Source of the DNA: an uncultured Planctomycetaceae bacterium
GTDB taxonomy: Bacteria > Planctomycetota > Planctomycetia > Isosphaerales > Isosphaeraceae
Length of the DNA stretch: 64,000 nt
Assembly: GCA_963833985.1 (NCBI GenBank)
Contig: CAWIAD010000002.1
Coordinates: forward strand, 3,744,001 to 3,808,000
Direction of reading: 5' to 3'
Part shown: piece by piece, positions 44,804-58,155 of the stretch
Layout of the letters: every line of letters begins with the position of its first letter
Numbering within the stretch: position 1 is the stretch's first letter
The notes under the pieces: model-generated
Databases searched by the model: none
Told to the model about the DNA's origin: nothing
What the model saw: the letters and a program-made list of their open reading frames with translations, nothing else
Made by a program: the position numbers and the translations under genes

Positions 44804-45643
44804 ATGATTCGACTGGGCATCTGCAACGAGCTGTTCGAGGGCTGGGAGTTCAGCCAGGTGTGCCGGACGGTCAAGGCGATCGGCTACGACGGCCTGGAGA
44901 TCGCACCGTTCACCATGGCGCCCCGGATCACCGACCTGGCGGCCGACCGCCAACGCGCGCTGCGCGCAATGATCGAGGACGCCGGGCTGGCGACGATTGG
45001 CCTGCACTGGCTGCTGGCGAAGACGGAAGGACTCTATCTCACAGCCCCTGATCCGCAGGTTCGGCGGCGAACCGGCGATTACCTGGTCGCGCTTGCGGAA
45101 GCGACCAGAGATCTCGGGGGCACCCTCATGGTCCTTGGCTCTCCCAAGCAGCGCGACCTGCTGCCGGGAGTGAGCCACGACCTCGCGGCTGGCTACGCCC
45201 TGGAGATCTTCGAACGCGTCATGCCCGCCATCGGCGCGCTGGAGGTGGATCTCTGTCTCGAGCCCCTGGCGCCTTCCGAGACCAATTTCCTGAACACCTG
45301 CGACCAGGCCAATGCGCTCATCAGCGCGGTGAACCACCCTCATTTCAAGCTCCACCTGGACGTGAAGGCCCAGAGCGGCGAGACGGGGACCTCGGTTCCC
45401 GAGCTGATCCGCCGCCATGCGCGAAACGCAGGCCATTTTCACGCTCAGGATGTGAACCTGCGCGGGCCCGGCATGGGTAGCGTCGACTTCAGGCCAATCG
45501 TGCAGGCGCTCGTGGATTCGGGCTACGACCGCTGGGTGTCGGTCGAGGTTTTTGATTATTCCCCAGGCGCCGAGGAGACGGCAAGGCAAAGCATTGCGTG
45601 TCTTCAGGATGCGCTGCGGCAGTCCGGTGCACGCGGTGCTTGA
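44804..45643 (+). CDS. Sugar phosphate isomerase/epimerase (TIM barrel)
   Basis: GYDGLEIAP, LEPL..ETNF, LHLDVK, HFHAQD, SVEVF. Confidence 0.85.
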   Translation: MIRLGICNELFEGWEFSQVCRTVKAIGYDGLEIAPFTMAPRITDLAADRQRALRAMIEDAGLATIGLHWLLAKTEGLYLTAPDPQVRRRTGDYLVALAEATRDLGGTLMVLGSPKQRDLLPGVSHDLAAGYALEIFERVMPAIGALEVDLCLEPLAPSETNFLNTCDQANALISAVNHPHFKLHLDVKAQSGETGTSVPELIRRHARNAGHFHAQDVNLRGPGMGSVDFRPIVQALVDSGYDRWVSVEVFDYSPGAEETARQSIACLQDALRQSGARGA

Positions 45644-45646
45644 CGT

Positions 45647-48600
45647 TCAGGGCACGGCGGTGAGCTGCTTCCGCAGGTCCTCGAAGACCAGGAGCTCCAG
45701 AGGATCCATCAAGCGAGGCGAGACGCCGAGCTGTTCCGCTTGCCGGAACATGGCCCGGGCGGAATTCGTGTCGCCGTTCTTCAGGTAGGCCCACGCCATG
45801 TGGAAAGCCGTGCTGCCATTCTGAGGATCGTGCTGCCTGAGCGGCTGAAGCTGCTGGAGGGCCCGGCCGGACTGCCCGGCGCGAATCAGCACGACGGCGC
45901 GCGTGTCGGCCAGCGACAGGTCCGAGCCATTGACCTCGATGGCCTTGTTGATCAGCGCGAGCGCCTCGCCCGCTCTGGCCCGGTCGTGCATCGCCAGCAG
46001 CCATGCCAGGTTGTTGAGTGCTTCGGAATCCTCGGGGTGGTTCTGGAGGACCTGGCGACAAGCGCCTCGGCCTCCTGGAACCGCCCTTGACGGATTCGCA
46101 GGCCGCTCAGCTTGACTTGCAGGTCCATGCGTGCGGGCAGACGCCGGGCTGCCTCGGCAACCCAGTCCTCCACCTGATGCCTTTGACCGGCCGTGATCGA
46201 CGGAGCGTCATAGAGTTCCAGCGCTGCATACGCGACCTGATCCGGCCGGCCGGTTGACCAGGACTTCTCCAGCAGAGGCATGGCCTCCGCCACACGGTCT
46301 TGTTTTGCAAGCAGGCTGGCCAGGGCCAGCACGGCGTCGGACTGTCCCGTCTCGCGACCCATGAGCGTCTTGTAAGACTGTTCCGCCTGGCGCGTGAAGC
46401 CGTAGCGATTCAGAAGATCGGCAATCCGAGGCAGCTCACCGGGCGTCTCCCGGCCACGTGCCTGGAGCAGGGTCAGCAGCTCGGAGTCCTGCTTGCGGGC
46501 CTTGAGCAGGGCCGCCTGCGCCTCCAGAGCGTTCAGCCCCTCCGGCTCGACACGCCGCAGCTCGCCGAGCAGGCTCTCGGCGCGGCCATACTCCTTGCGG
46601 CTGGCCAGAAAGTGGATGTAATGCGCCAGTTGTTGCGGATCGGCGTGCTCTTTCCCCTTCGGGGATGTGAGCACATTCATCTGGGCGCGGTAGCCGTCTT
46701 CCCGGCCGGCCTGGAGGTCGAGTTGTGCCAGCAGGAAGCGGCCGGCGCGGTCCAGCTCGTTTCTGCTCGCCAGGGAATCGAGTATTTCCAGCGCCTCGCC
46801 TCTGCCTGACTGTCGGCTGGCCAGAATGGTCGCCTTCAGCCGTCGGTCCTCTGCGCTCCCGGGCAGCGCGCCGATGTTCTCGTCAATCAGGCGCAGCGCC
46901 TGTTCAACGCCGGCCGGCCCTCTTGCCTGAAGCAGCAGGGCGGCTTTTGTTCTGCGGGCCCACGCCAGCTCGGCACGCGAGCTCTGTGGAGCGTCGCTCA
47001 ACAATCTGTCCAGAAAGCTGCCTGCCAGGTCGGTGCGTCCGCGACCGTGGTAGAAAATGATCGCGGGCGCAAGGCGGCCGGATCTTGCGGATCAGCCTTG
47101 AGCGACGACTCGATCTGCGTCTCGGCGAGGGCGTCATCGCCGAGCATCATCGCGCAGACCGCGGCTGTGGCTGCCGCGGGACCGGAAAGCTCGTGTGTGA
47201 TGGCTTTCCGCAGTGCGGCGCGGGCCTTGTCCGTCTGGTGCGTGTCGACCAGGAACTGGATGCAGGAAAACCAGGCCTCGGGAACACCAGTCCCGAGCTC
47301 GGTCGCGTGCCGGAAGTATCCCTCTGCTTGCTCGTCCTTGCCGGCCGCCCGCGCGAAGTGGCCAAGTGTCAGGGGATCACCGAAGTCCGTGGAGTTGCCG
47401 GGAATCACTCCGAGCAAAAGCGTAAGCCCTTGAGATGCGTTTCCCTGGCGCGCCGTGGTGATTGCGGTCGCGATGGTGGAAAGGTCCGTCTGTGCGATCC
47501 CGCGCTCCTGGAGCAACCGGGCCAGTTCCTCGATGTCCGCGAAGCGTTCATGTCTGAAAAGAAACTGGAGCAGGTGCCGCAGCGTCTGCGGCTGCTGGTC
47601 GCCCTGTCTGACCGCCGAGAGGTAAGCTCCCGCCGCCGCTTCGGGCTGGTTATTCAGCTCGGCAAGCTGGGCATTCAGCAGCGACACGCCCCACCATCCT
47701 GGCCGTCGCCGGGCGATCTCAGAGACCAGCGCACGCGCGTCTGCTCGAGTGGTGCGGTTGCCACGGCGAGCCTGGTCGAGGAACTTCAGCGCCTGTTCGT
47801 ACCGCCAGTTCGTTCCATCCTCGCCTTCGATCTCCCGGATCTGCTGTATCAGCTCATTCCCCTCGGTCTCGTCGCGGGCGGCCAGGGCCAGGTCGAAGCG
47901 GCCCATGAGCACCTTCAGGTTTCCCGGCTCCAATTTCGAGAGTTCTCGCAGGTGCACGTGCGCGAGTTCGGGCTCGTTCAACCGCGTTTCGGCGGTGGCA
48001 AGCTGGTCCAGGAAGCGCGGCAGCTCGGCGGCGGGAATCTGCTTTCGAGACCCGGCCACACGCGCCACGCCGGCAGCGGCATTGGCACCGCCCTGCCGGG
48101 CCCAGAACGCAAGCCGGGCGTACTGAATCTCCGGATGCGGCCCCAGTTCGGTCTCGGCCTGGTCGAGGATCGTCAAAGGCTCGGAGCGATCCGTACCCCG
48201 ACCGGCAAGTCTGGCCAGCGCCAGGCGGCACGGAAGATTCCGTGGATTCCTTGCCAGTGTCGATCTCAGCAGCAGTCGAGCCTCGTCGAACTGCTCCCGG
48301 GCGGAGAGCATGTCGGCTTGAAGCAGATCAAGCGCCTCGGTGGCGCCGGGTATCGCCTTGCGGGCTTCTTCGATCCGCCGTTCCACCGTGCGCCAGTCGC
48401 GCTCGTTCGCGGGCTGGCGACGCGTTTTCTCGATCGACAGACGTGCGATCTCGAGCCGCAGCTCGGGCAGGCTCTGGGCCAGCGGGTGTAAGAGGGTCAG
48501 GGCCTCGTCGAGCCGGTTGGCAACCGCCAGGGCGCGGGCAAGCTCCAGCTGAGCTGCCTGGGAGGGCGCCGAGCCTTCGCTCGCACTGTGCAGGACGGCA

Positions 48601-49864
48601 ACCCGCTGCTCGTCGAGATTCAGACGCCCGTAGCATTCCGCCAGCAACAGCCTGAGCTGGGCGGAGACACGGGCGTCTGAAGCCAGTCCCGCCTGGGCCG
48701 ACTGTATCTTGGCGATCGCCTTTTCCCAATGTCCCTGCTGAGCTTCGATGCGGGCGTCCAGATACCGGACGTAGTTTTCGCGATAACCGTGCGCCGCCAG
48801 GAAATCCAGGAGCGGCCGGGCGCCGTCGGAACCCTCGATCCTGGACCGCAGGATGAGCGTCTCGGCCAGCAGGAACGCCAGCTCGGGCGACGGGCTCTGC
48901 TGGAACACCGGCCGCAGTACCAGTTCTGCGCGATCCGGATGCTGCTCCTGAAGCTCCAGCCGTGCCAGCGCCAGGGCGAGGTTCTGGTCCTGGGGATGGG
49001 CCTTCCGCCCGCTTTCGAGCAATGCGCGGTGCCTGCCACGTCTTTCTTCTCACCGGCGACCAGTGCGGCGATGTACAGAACCTGGGCGTCCTGGGGCGCC
49101 AGCTTCAGGGCCAGCCCGAGATCAGCGTCCCGGGGGGGAGGCCGGAATTCCGCGGCATAGCGATAACGATAAAGATGAGCAAGCCCCGATTGCGGGTTCC
49201 TTGCCACCATCCGGTCGATCTCATCGTCAGCTTGCCTGGCGCCTCTGTGCAGCTCATTGCGGAAGAGGCGTGCGCGTTGCACGTAGCCGTTCAGACGGGC
49301 CGGGTCCGCAGCGATCGACTCGCCGAAGGAACTGGCCGCGGAGGCAAAATCTGCTTCGAGCACCAGGCAGCTGCCCTCGAGCTCCTTGAGCTCGGCGAAC
49401 TCAGCCTGGGCGTCGGCCGAGCCGGGGTCTCGTTGCCGCTTTGCGGAACTGGCTTCGAGCAACACCGCCAGATGTCGCCTTGCGTCTGCGGCGCGCTTTG
49501 GACGCAGCTCAAGAGCCAGCGCGACGCAGCGCCGCTCCAGTTCGAGATCTCCTGGATTGTGCTGGAGCGCTTCCTCGTAGACGAGGTAAACCGGATCGAG
49601 AGGCCAGCTTCCAGCGGATTCGTCGGCGAACGCCCGGGCATACCAGCGCCAGGCGTCCCGATCCGCGGGCCTCAGGTTCAGGTAGCGGCGGAGTGCATCA
49701 CAGGCCCTGGAGATCTCACCCTGATTCTCCGCGCTCTGCGCATAGTTCAGCAGTCCGCTTGCATTGCGGCGGACCTGCCACTGATGAATCCCGTATCCGG
49801 CTGCCGTCAGCGCGAGTGACACCGCGGTCAACCGGGCCAGAAAGACAAGGTTCAGTTTTCTCAT
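45647..49864 (-). CDS. Very large TPR protein (about 1400 aa; at least 3 apparent frameshifts)
   Basis: MRKLNLVFL N-terminal TM, continuous TPR-like helices over 4 ORFs, C-terminal ALNNLAWLLA...DTRAVV. Confidence 0.75.
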
Positions 49865-50399
49865 CAGCCGCCAAGTCGCAGAGATGTGCCTGGGTGACGC
49901 GCCCGCTTCTTGCTCCGAATCGAGACCATATACGCTATCACGACCTGCGTCATGAGTGATAGAGTGCGGCAGAGCAATTGCTGCCGGGTTCGTCCTGCAC
50001 GGAAGCATCCCGGGCTTTCACGTTGGTCAGGACTCACGACGGAATCAACTCGGAATCTCAAGTGCTTGCATGCGATGATTGAAAAAAGCGACATAGCGAC
50101 CATGCGCGTCCGGCTGTTTGCTGTGATATATTGGTCAATTCTTGAAGGGGCGCCGTCGCTCGATGCTCGCAGAAAAACCTTGCACGACGGGCCTCATGTA
50201 TCACGGCTGGCATGGTCCGAGAAGCAAATCCTGGCCGCCCGGCTGGTGGGTTGCAGGCCGCTGAAAGCTGGTTTCACGATAGGATCTGAGAATCACCTGT
50301 TTGATCGTGTTCCGTTCGCTCACCTGACGCGACACGGCGGCTTCGGGTCGAGCGAGTCATCATATCGGCATCCGTATGTCTGAGTTTTCGAGGAATCCG

Positions 50400-53300
50400 A
50401 TGAACACGCAGAACGATCTCCTCTTCGGTCTGGTCGCATTTCAGACGGGCGCAGTAGACGGGGACCGGCTGGCGGAGACCTGCGCGGACTGGTCGGCAGA
50501 ACCGGCCGTAGGTTTGGCGGATCGGTTGGTCGGATGCGGCTGCCTCACGATCGAGCAAAAGGAACAGATCGAGAACATCGTGCTCGAGGAGCTCAGGAAT
50601 CACGGCGGAGACCCACAGGCGACTCTGGCGGCCACGGTGGACGGACGCTTCCTCGATGCGATCCGCGACGTGCCGGCCACACTGGGCGGTGAGCTGGCCC
50701 AGCTGGGAGAGACTCTGGCACCGGTTGCGAGCTATGAACGACTGAATGCGCTCGACAATGCCGGGGACGCGACCACCGAGAAATACACGCGCACGCACCT
50801 CCATGCCAAGGGGGGCATGGGTCAGGTATGGGTCGCACGGGATGGATCGCTGGGCCGGCAGATCGCACTGAAGGAGCTGCGGCCGGATCAGTCCGACAAT
50901 TCGATCGTCTGCTCCCGGTTCCTGTACGAGGCCAAGATCACCGCTCAGCTCGAGCATCCCGGCATTGTCCCGGTCTACGAGCTTGGCGGGGGACCGGTTC
51001 CCTACTACACGATGCGGTTCGTCAAGGGGCGCACGCTGGGCGAGGCCACACGCGCTTACCACAAGGATCGCCAGGCCGGCAAGGCCGACGCCTTGGGGCT
51101 CGTCAAACTGCTCGGTGCGTTCCTGGGAGTTTGCCATGCGATCTCTTACGCCCACTCCCGCGGGGTCATCCACCGCGACCTGAAGGGACAGAACGTCGTC
51201 CTCGGCGATTTCGGCGAGGTGATCGTGCTCGACTGGGGAATCGCCAAGCAGATCGGACCGGCGGTTTATTCGCCAGCGTCCTCCGCGGCTGTGGGAGACC
51301 CTGGCGATGATCTTCCCTCGCCAGCGCAACGGCGAATGCAAGGCCGGCACAATGGGGGAGTCGCTCGGCGTCCAGGAGACCTTGCCGGCAACCTCAACCG
51401 GTAGCTCCAGCGTCTCCGACTCGCGCCCAGGCTCGACTCGGGCGCCGGCCCTGAAGGCACGATGCACGGCCAGTTGCTGGGAACTCCCGGTTTCATGGCG
51501 CCCGAGCAGGCCAGCGGCCAGCTCGACCAGATCGACGAGCGCACCGACGTTTACGGCCTCGGAGCGGTTCTCTATGAGGTTCTGACCGGAGAGCCTCCCT
51601 TCACCGGCAAGAAAACGACCGAGATCCTCCATCGGGTCAAGAACGAGCCTCCCACACCCCCGCGTGATCGCGACCCCAGCATCGACCCTGCGCTTCAGGC
51701 GATCTGCCTGAAGGCTCTCTCCAAGGCCCCAGCACAACGATATGCCTCCGCGGCCGACCTGGCACAGGAGGTTCAGCGCTACCTGGCCGATGAGCCCGTG
51801 CAGGCCTGCCCGGACCCCTGGACCCGGCGCGCCCTGCGCCGGCGGCGCCGCCATCGGACTCTGGTGACGACGGCCGCCGGGCTGCTCGTGACCACGACCA
51901 TCGCGCTGGCGACCGGCACGGTCCTGGTCACCCGCGAGCGCAACGAGGCCGAATTCCAGGGCAAACAGGCGCGGCAGGCCGTCGATGACATGTACACGAA
52001 GGTCGCCGAGAACTGGCTGGAAGACCGGCTGGACCCGTTACAGAAGGAGTTCCTGGAGAAAACCCTGGCCCACTACCAGAACATCACCGGGCAGGCCGCC
52101 GGTGATGTGGCCGTACGCCTGGAGCACGGCCGCGCCTTCCAGAGAATGGGCGACATCCATCGCAAGCTGGGCCGGCTTGACGAGGCCGGTGAAGCGTTCC
52201 GCCATGGTCTGGCGATCCTCGAGCCCCTCCAGGCCCAGCGGCCCGACGATGGTGAAGCGCGCCGGGCCCTGGCAATTTGCCAGACGCACCTGGGAGATCT
52301 GCTGGTGCGTAAAGGCACCAACGACCAGGCCGAGCCGCTCTATCGCGCGGCGAGGCAGCTTCTGGAGGCCCAGGCCGGGGCGGACAAGGCAACACCCGAG
52401 GATCGCTGGCTGCTGGCCCGCACGCTCAAGAGCCAGGCCGATCTGCTGCGGCGTCAGGGCAATTTCACTGGGGCCCGTCCCCTCTACCAGCAGGCCGTCG
52501 ACACGCTGGAAAAGGCCGTGGCAAGCGTCCCCGCACCGGCGCCGAGTGATGTGCGCAACGATCTTGCTCTCACGCAAGACGCGCTGGGGCAGTTGCTCAT
52601 GGAGCTGGGGGACATGGGCACCGCCGAGGCCATGTTCCGCCGCGCCCTCAAGCTGCTGGAGCCGCTCGTTGCCGAATTTCCCACCATTCCCAGGTTCCGA
52701 GAGACGCTGGCCAAGGCCAGCAACAGCCTGGGGATGATCGAGCAAGGCGACGGACGGTGGAGCGAATCCGAGGCTCACTACCGGCTCGAGCTCGCTGAGG
52801 CGGAGCGGCTCACGCAGGACTTTCCCGACCGCCCCGAGTTCCGGCGCGAGCTGGCACGCACGTGCACGAACCTCGGAGGCCTGCTCGCGGAGCAGAGCCG
52901 CGGAGCCGAGGCGGAGCCGATCCTGCGGCGGGGCATCACCCTCAACGCCGAACTTGCAGTCAGCCAGCCGGGCGACGTGCAGTTGCGGCTGGACCTGGCG
53001 AAATGCCGCAATAACCTGGGATACTTGCACCTGGAGAACGGGCGCAGCGAGGAAGCGATCAAGGAGATGGAGCAGGCGCGGGATCTGAGCGCCGCTCTCG
53101 TCAAGCAGTTCCCGGACGCGCCGCGGTACGACTACAACCTGGCCGGCGACCTCAGAAATCTCGCCCGGGCGTACGAGGCCGCGGGTCAAAAGAGCGCGGA
53201 AGCGACCTTCCGGCAATCGCTGAAAATCAGCGAGCAGCTCGCCGGCAAGTACCCTGCAAACGTCGATTACCAGCTCGAGCTGGGACGCTGCCTGAACAAC

Positions 53301-54224
53301 CTCGGCGCACATCTCGCAGGTGAAAACCGGGTGGATCAGGCCGAAGCGTGCTACACCAGGGGGCTGGTCGCTCTCGGGCTCAACGACCGGGCCGCGCGCT
53401 CGCCGGTCTCGTTGCGTGAGGAGGCCACGGTACTGAGTAACCTGGGTGAGCTGCGGCGGTCCGCGGGACGCCCCGGTGCCGAGGAATCACTGCGGCGGTC
53501 CATCGCCATCTCGCAGGAACTCACCGCTCGCAAACCGGCGGCACGCGCTGATCGCCAGACGCTGGCCATTGCGCAGAACAACCTGGCGGAGGTGCTTCAG
53601 GCCGCGGGCCGCAAGGAGGAAGCACGATCCTTCTTCGCGGCCTCGATCGCCAGTCTCGAGCAACTCGCTGCTGAGAACCCCAAAGCGGTCGATACGCAGA
53701 ACTACCTGGGCTACATTTGCGAGCAGCAAGCCGGCCTGCTGAGCCAGCTCGGCCAGCCGGAACGGGCGCGGAAGTCCATCGAGTCGGCCGTTGCCCATCA
53801 GCGCCAGGCCGTGAAGCTCACTGATGGAAAAGTAGGCGCCTTCCGGCGCATGCTTGCGGGGCATCTGACGGTCCTGGCGAAGGTCTGCCTCAAGCAAGGC
53901 GCCTATGACGACGCGATCCGGGCAGCCGTCGAGATTCCCAAAGCGGCCCCGTCTTCCGAGCAAGGCCCGCTCGAAGCGGCCCGGGTTCTCGCGCGCTGCC
54001 TGGTGACCGCCCGTGAAGATCACAGGCTCGACGGAGCGCGGCGCGACGAGATCAGCCGCAGGTGCACGGGGCGCATTGCGATCTTGCTTCGCGAGGCGGT
54101 CGACGCCAACCCCAGGCTGGGCGACCGCCTGAAGGCCGACCCCGACCTGGCCCCCATCCTCGCCCGCCCCGAGTTTCAAGGCCTGCTGGGTAGCCTGGTG
54201 AACCTTGCACCCGACCGATTGTGA
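50400..54224 (+). CDS. Ser/Thr protein kinase with TM and TPR tail (break at about 51320-51430)
   Basis: HAKGGMGQVW, IALKE, IHRDLKGQN, LDWGIAK, GTPGFMAPEQ, DVYGLG. Confidence 0.9.
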
Positions 54225-54492
54225 TGACGTCGGCCTTCCGTGGACGAGAACGCAGCGGACTTGACGGTCTGCGCTCCCGGACGCAAGGTCCGCAAGAAAG
54301 AGGACAGGACGGACTGCACTCCCTAAGCGTGAGAAGGGCAGTTGTCTCGGCCGCACCGAGCAGGCAAGCCGACGATCGCATGGAACGCCTCGTCCTGCAA
54401 GGCAGGAAACGTGGCGCATGGAAAAGCCGGTGGTCATGGTGACAGACCCACCGGCTTTTGGCAATTTACCCGCCAGGCAGCGACACCGCACT

Positions 54493-55143
54493 TCAGGCGG
54501 AGCGTCTCCAGCGTCGGAGCGAGGTGATACCGAGTGCACAGCATCCGACCAGCCCGACAATCACGAGGGACGAAGGCTCAGGCGTCACCAGGAAGCTCAC
54601 TGTGCCGCCGCCATTCTGTACTCCGCTGCTGTTGTAGCTAGCATACGTGTTCTGAATGAATTCGCCACCAGGCAACGCCGGCAGCTCGGTCGTGTCGAAA
54701 ATCTTAAAAGTACCAAGATTGACATCGCCGCTACTCGCCGTGATCGGCGTGCCTGTATAGAGGAACCCTACGTCGATCGCCGGGTAAGTAGCCGTTCCAA
54801 ACTGGGACCCGTTGACGATCAAAGGAGCGTTCGCCGTTGGATTCGCAAATCCGGGCCTCCAAGGAGAAGACAAGAACATCCCGAGAGTAACGAGCGGTTC
54901 AGCAGTGAGCGCGCCCGAGGTAACGCCGACAAGTTGCTGAACGATGAAGTAATCGTTCGTGTTTAAAGTGCTTCCATACTGAAGAGTCGCACTGAACTGG
55001 TAATACGGATTGGGATCACCCACCCCCGTATAGGAGCCCCCCGAAATCTTGATTCCTGCCTTGGCGTCCGAGCTCGGTGCCAGGACAGTTCCGAGACAAG
55101 CGAGACCTACCAGAATCCAGCGGATCGGTGCTCGGTAGCTCAT
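54493..55143 (-). CDS. PEP-CTERM sorting-domain surface protein
   Basis: Signal peptide; C-terminal TPEPSSLVIVGLVGCCALGITSLRRWRR; lower GC than neighbours. Confidence 0.88.
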   Translation of the reverse strand: MSYRAPIRWILVGLACLGTVLAPSSDAKAGIKISGGSYTGVGDPNPYYQFSATLQYGSTLNTNDYFIVQQLVGVTSGALTAEPLVTLGMFLSSPWRPGFANPTANAPLIVNGSQFGTATYPAIDVGFLYTGTPITASSGDVNLGTFKIFDTTELPALPGGEFIQNTYASYNSSGVQNGGGTVSFLVTPEPSSLVIVGLVGCCALGITSLRRWRRSA

Positions 55144-55516
55144 CTGTAAAGCCGTTTCGCAGGAGAGTGAACTTAGCACAAGAACTCATGCATCAAAACA
55201 ATCCGGATCGTAGCCAACCTGTCGCCGGAATTCAAGACTTTTTCCCCAATTCCAGAACGCCGAGCAAGACCGGCCGAGTTCATGTTGCACCCTGGCATCA
55301 TTCCTCAACGTGGCGCGCTGAACGGCCAGATCCGCGATGGGCGCGTCAACTGAATTCGTGTTTGCGCGACTCGACTTCGGCACCTGATGAAATTTCGTAC
55401 AGGATGGATTGCAGGCGGGAAGCCGAAACTGCTATTGTACTCTCTGCCAGACCTGATTTGATTTGTCGGATAATCTCGGGATTGCTGGATTTAGGGACAG
55501 GGACGAGAGCCAAGCG

Positions 55517-58072
55517 ATGGCCAAGAGGAACCGCCGGGGCGGTCAGGATCAGCCGGGGAGGTCTCGGCGCGACGGATTCATCGAGGACCTGCCTCTGGCG
55601 GAAGCGGCTCGCACGCGGTACCTCAATTACGCGCTCAGCGTGATCACGTCACGGGCGCTGCCAGACGTCCGCGACGGCCTTAAACCGGTGCAGCGGCGCA
55701 TCTTGTACGCAATGTGGTCGGATTTGCACCTCTCGGCGGAGAGCCGCTACACGAAGTCGGCCGCCGTCGTCGGCGAGGTCATGAAGACCTACCATCCCCA
55801 CGGTGACCAGTCCATCTACGACGCGCTCGTACGCATGGCGCAGCCGTTCAGCCTGCGCCAGCCGCTGGTGGAAGGTTACGGTAATTTCGGCTCCATCGAC
55901 GGCGATCCGCCGGCCGCCATGCGGTACACGGAGTGCCGGCTCACCGCCATCGCCGGAACCCTCCTGAGCGAGCTGCGCGACCAGACGGTCAATTTCCGGC
56001 CCAACTACGCTTCCACGGCCGAGGAGCCCGAGGTCCTGCCGGCCCAGTTTCCCAACCTTCTCGTCAACGGCGCATCGGGTATCGCCGTTGGCATGGCCAC
56101 CAATATTCCTCCGCATAATCTCAGGGAGGTGTGCGCGGCGCTCGTTGCCCTGCTCGATAACCGCGAGCTGCCGCTCGAACGGCTGCTCAAGTTCATCCAC
56201 GGGCCCGACTTCCCCACCGGGGGAGTGATTCTCAATACGGCCGAGGAGATCCGCCAGATCTATGCCACGGGGCAGGGGTCCATCAAGCTCCGCGGCACCT
56301 ATGTTCCGCATCCCGACCGCCACAATGCCGTGCTCATCACGTCGATTCCCTACGGCATCGAGAAGGATGCCCTGGTCGAACGCATTGGCGAATTGATCGG
56401 CAAGGGGCAGGTCCCGCAGCTCGTCAACGTCAAGGACCTGAGCACCGATGACATCCGCATCGTACTCGAGCTGAGGCCCGGTTCCAGCCCCGACGCCGCG
56501 CTGGCCTACCTCTTCAAGAATACGGCGCTTCAGGTCAACTACGGCGTGAATCTCACGTGCCTGCTGCCCGCCGAGGGTGCCGAGGTTGCGGTTCCAAGCC
56601 GGCTCGATCTGACGTCCATCCTCCAGCACTTCCTCGATTTCCGCATGGAAGTGGTGGTCCGACGCCTGCAATTCGAGCTCAAGAATCTGCTCGACCGGAT
56701 CCACATCCTCGAAGGCTTCGCGATCGTCTTCAAGAACCTTGATGAGGCCATCCAGATCATCCGCAACAGCGACGGCAAGGCCGACGCCGCACCCAAGCTG
56801 ATGGCCAGGTTCTCCCTGAGCGACATCCAGGCCGACGCCATCCTCGAGACCAAGCTCTACCGCCTGGGCAAGCTGGAAATCAAGGACATCCTGAACGAGC
56901 TCAAGGACAAGCGGAAGCGGGCCGCGGAGATCAAGGAGCTGCTGAACGACGAGCCGGCACGGTGGATGGTCATCAAGACGGAGTTGAAGCAGATCAGCAA
57001 GACCTTCGGCGAGCCGCGGCGCACGCTCGTCGAGGCGCCCACGGCGCCCGTCGAGTTCCGCGAGGAAGATTACATCGTCGATGAGGACGCGTGGGTAATC
57101 ATCACGCGCGACGGCTGGACGAAGCGCCAGCGCTCCTTCGCGGACGTCGCCAGCATTCGCGTCCGCGACAATGATGCGGTGGGCTGGATCTATCGCGCAC
57201 GGGCACGGCAAACCGTCACCTTTTTCACGGATCGCGGCATCGCCTATACCCTGCGCGTCAATGACATCCCACTGACCACCGGCCACGGCGAGCCGATCCA
57301 GAAGCAATTCGCCTTCGAGGACCAGGAGCACATCGTCGGCGTGATCTGCCACGACCCGCGCTGCCTGCCCGACCCGAGCAAGCACGCCCAGACACCTCCC
57401 CGGCTGGTGCAACGGCTCTTCGACGTGGATGCCGACGGCGAGGCGGCCGAGGGCGCTGCCGGCGGCGCGAACGGCCAGGCCAACGGACATGCCGACGGCA
57501 ACGGCAACGGCTCTGCCCCGGCTCTACCGCCTCCTCCCTACGCCATCGCGCTGACGGCCGGCGGCAAGGTCTTGCGGTTCTCGCTGGCGCCTCTGGCCGC
57601 GGTCTCCACGCGCAAGGGGCGGATCATCGCGCGGCTCGATCCGACCTTCAAGGACGATGTCGTCGTCGGGGTCGAAGCCACCGACGGGTCCGAGAACGTT
57701 TGCCTGGCCACCAGGTCCGCACGCGTACTCATCTTCCCCGTCACCGAAGCCAACGTGGTCGCCGGCGCAGCCCGTGGAGTTGTGGGCATCAAGCTGGAGC
57801 CCAAGGACCGCGTGATCGGGTTCGTGCTCGCCAACCGAAAGCGTGAAGGGCTGACCGTCCGGACCAACCGCGGCGCGACCCAGATCGTCCGGGCCACGAA
57901 GTACCCGGTCACGGGTCGTGGCGGCCGCGGTTACGCCATCCTCCAGCGCGGTTCGCTGGATGCCGTCGTCCCCGCCGAGCCCGAGCCGATTCCGTCGCAG
58001 GAGCAGGTGGGCGACCCCGAGGCCAGGCCCCGACCCGACGAACCGAATGCGCCCTTGCCGGGGTTCGAGTAA
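55517..58072 (+). CDS. parC: Type IIA topoisomerase subunit A, ParC-like
   Basis: [29 protein letters not shown]; no QRRGGKG GyrA box at the start of the CTD. Confidence 0.8.
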   Translation: MAKRNRRGGQDQPGRSRRDGFIEDLPLAEAARTRYLNYALSVITSRALPDVRDGLKPVQRRILYAMWSDLHLSAESRYTKSAAVVGEVMKTYHPHGDQSIYDALVRMAQPFSLRQPLVEGYGNFGSIDGDPPAAMRYTECRLTAIAGTLLSELRDQTVNFRPNYASTAEEPEVLPAQFPNLLVNGASGIAVGMATNIPPHNLREVCAALVALLDNRELPLERLLKFIHGPDFPTGGVILNTAEEIRQIYATGQGSIKLRGTYVPHPDRHNAVLITSIPYGIEKDALVERIGELIGKGQVPQLVNVKDLSTDDIRIVLELRPGSSPDAALAYLFKNTALQVNYGVNLTCLLPAEGAEVAVPSRLDLTSILQHFLDFRMEVVVRRLQFELKNLLDRIHILEGFAIVFKNLDEAIQIIRNSDGKADAAPKLMARFSLSDIQADAILETKLYRLGKLEIKDILNELKDKRKRAAEIKELLNDEPARWMVIKTELKQISKTFGEPRRTLVEAPTAPVEFREEDYIVDEDAWVIITRDGWTKRQRSFADVASIRVRDNDAVGWIYRARARQTVTFFTDRGIAYTLRVNDIPLTTGHGEPIQKQFAFEDQEHIVGVICHDPRCLPDPSKHAQTPPRLVQRLFDVDADGEAAEGAAGGANGQANGHADGNGNGSAPALPPPPYAIALTAGGKVLRFSLAPLAAVSTRKGRIIARLDPTFKDDVVVGVEATDGSENVCLATRSARVLIFPVTEANVVAGAARGVVGIKLEPKDRVIGFVLANRKREGLTVRTNRGATQIVRATKYPVTGRGGRGYAILQRGSLDAVVPAEPEPIPSQEQVGDPEARPRPDEPNAPLPGFE

Positions 58073-58155
58073 GGCGTAACCGGACCTTGCCAGCAGACCC
58101 GACGAACTTCCACTACTCGGCGGTGCTCGAGAGTTAAGGACGAAAGCGAAGGACC

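Noticed and set aside
51402..51404. In-frame TAG in the kinase as readthrough or recoding
   Set aside because: A shifted frame (QETLPATSTGSSSVSD) bridges it with natural linker sequence. Two compensating indels are simpler, and TAG is used as a normal stop elsewhere (e.g. folD).
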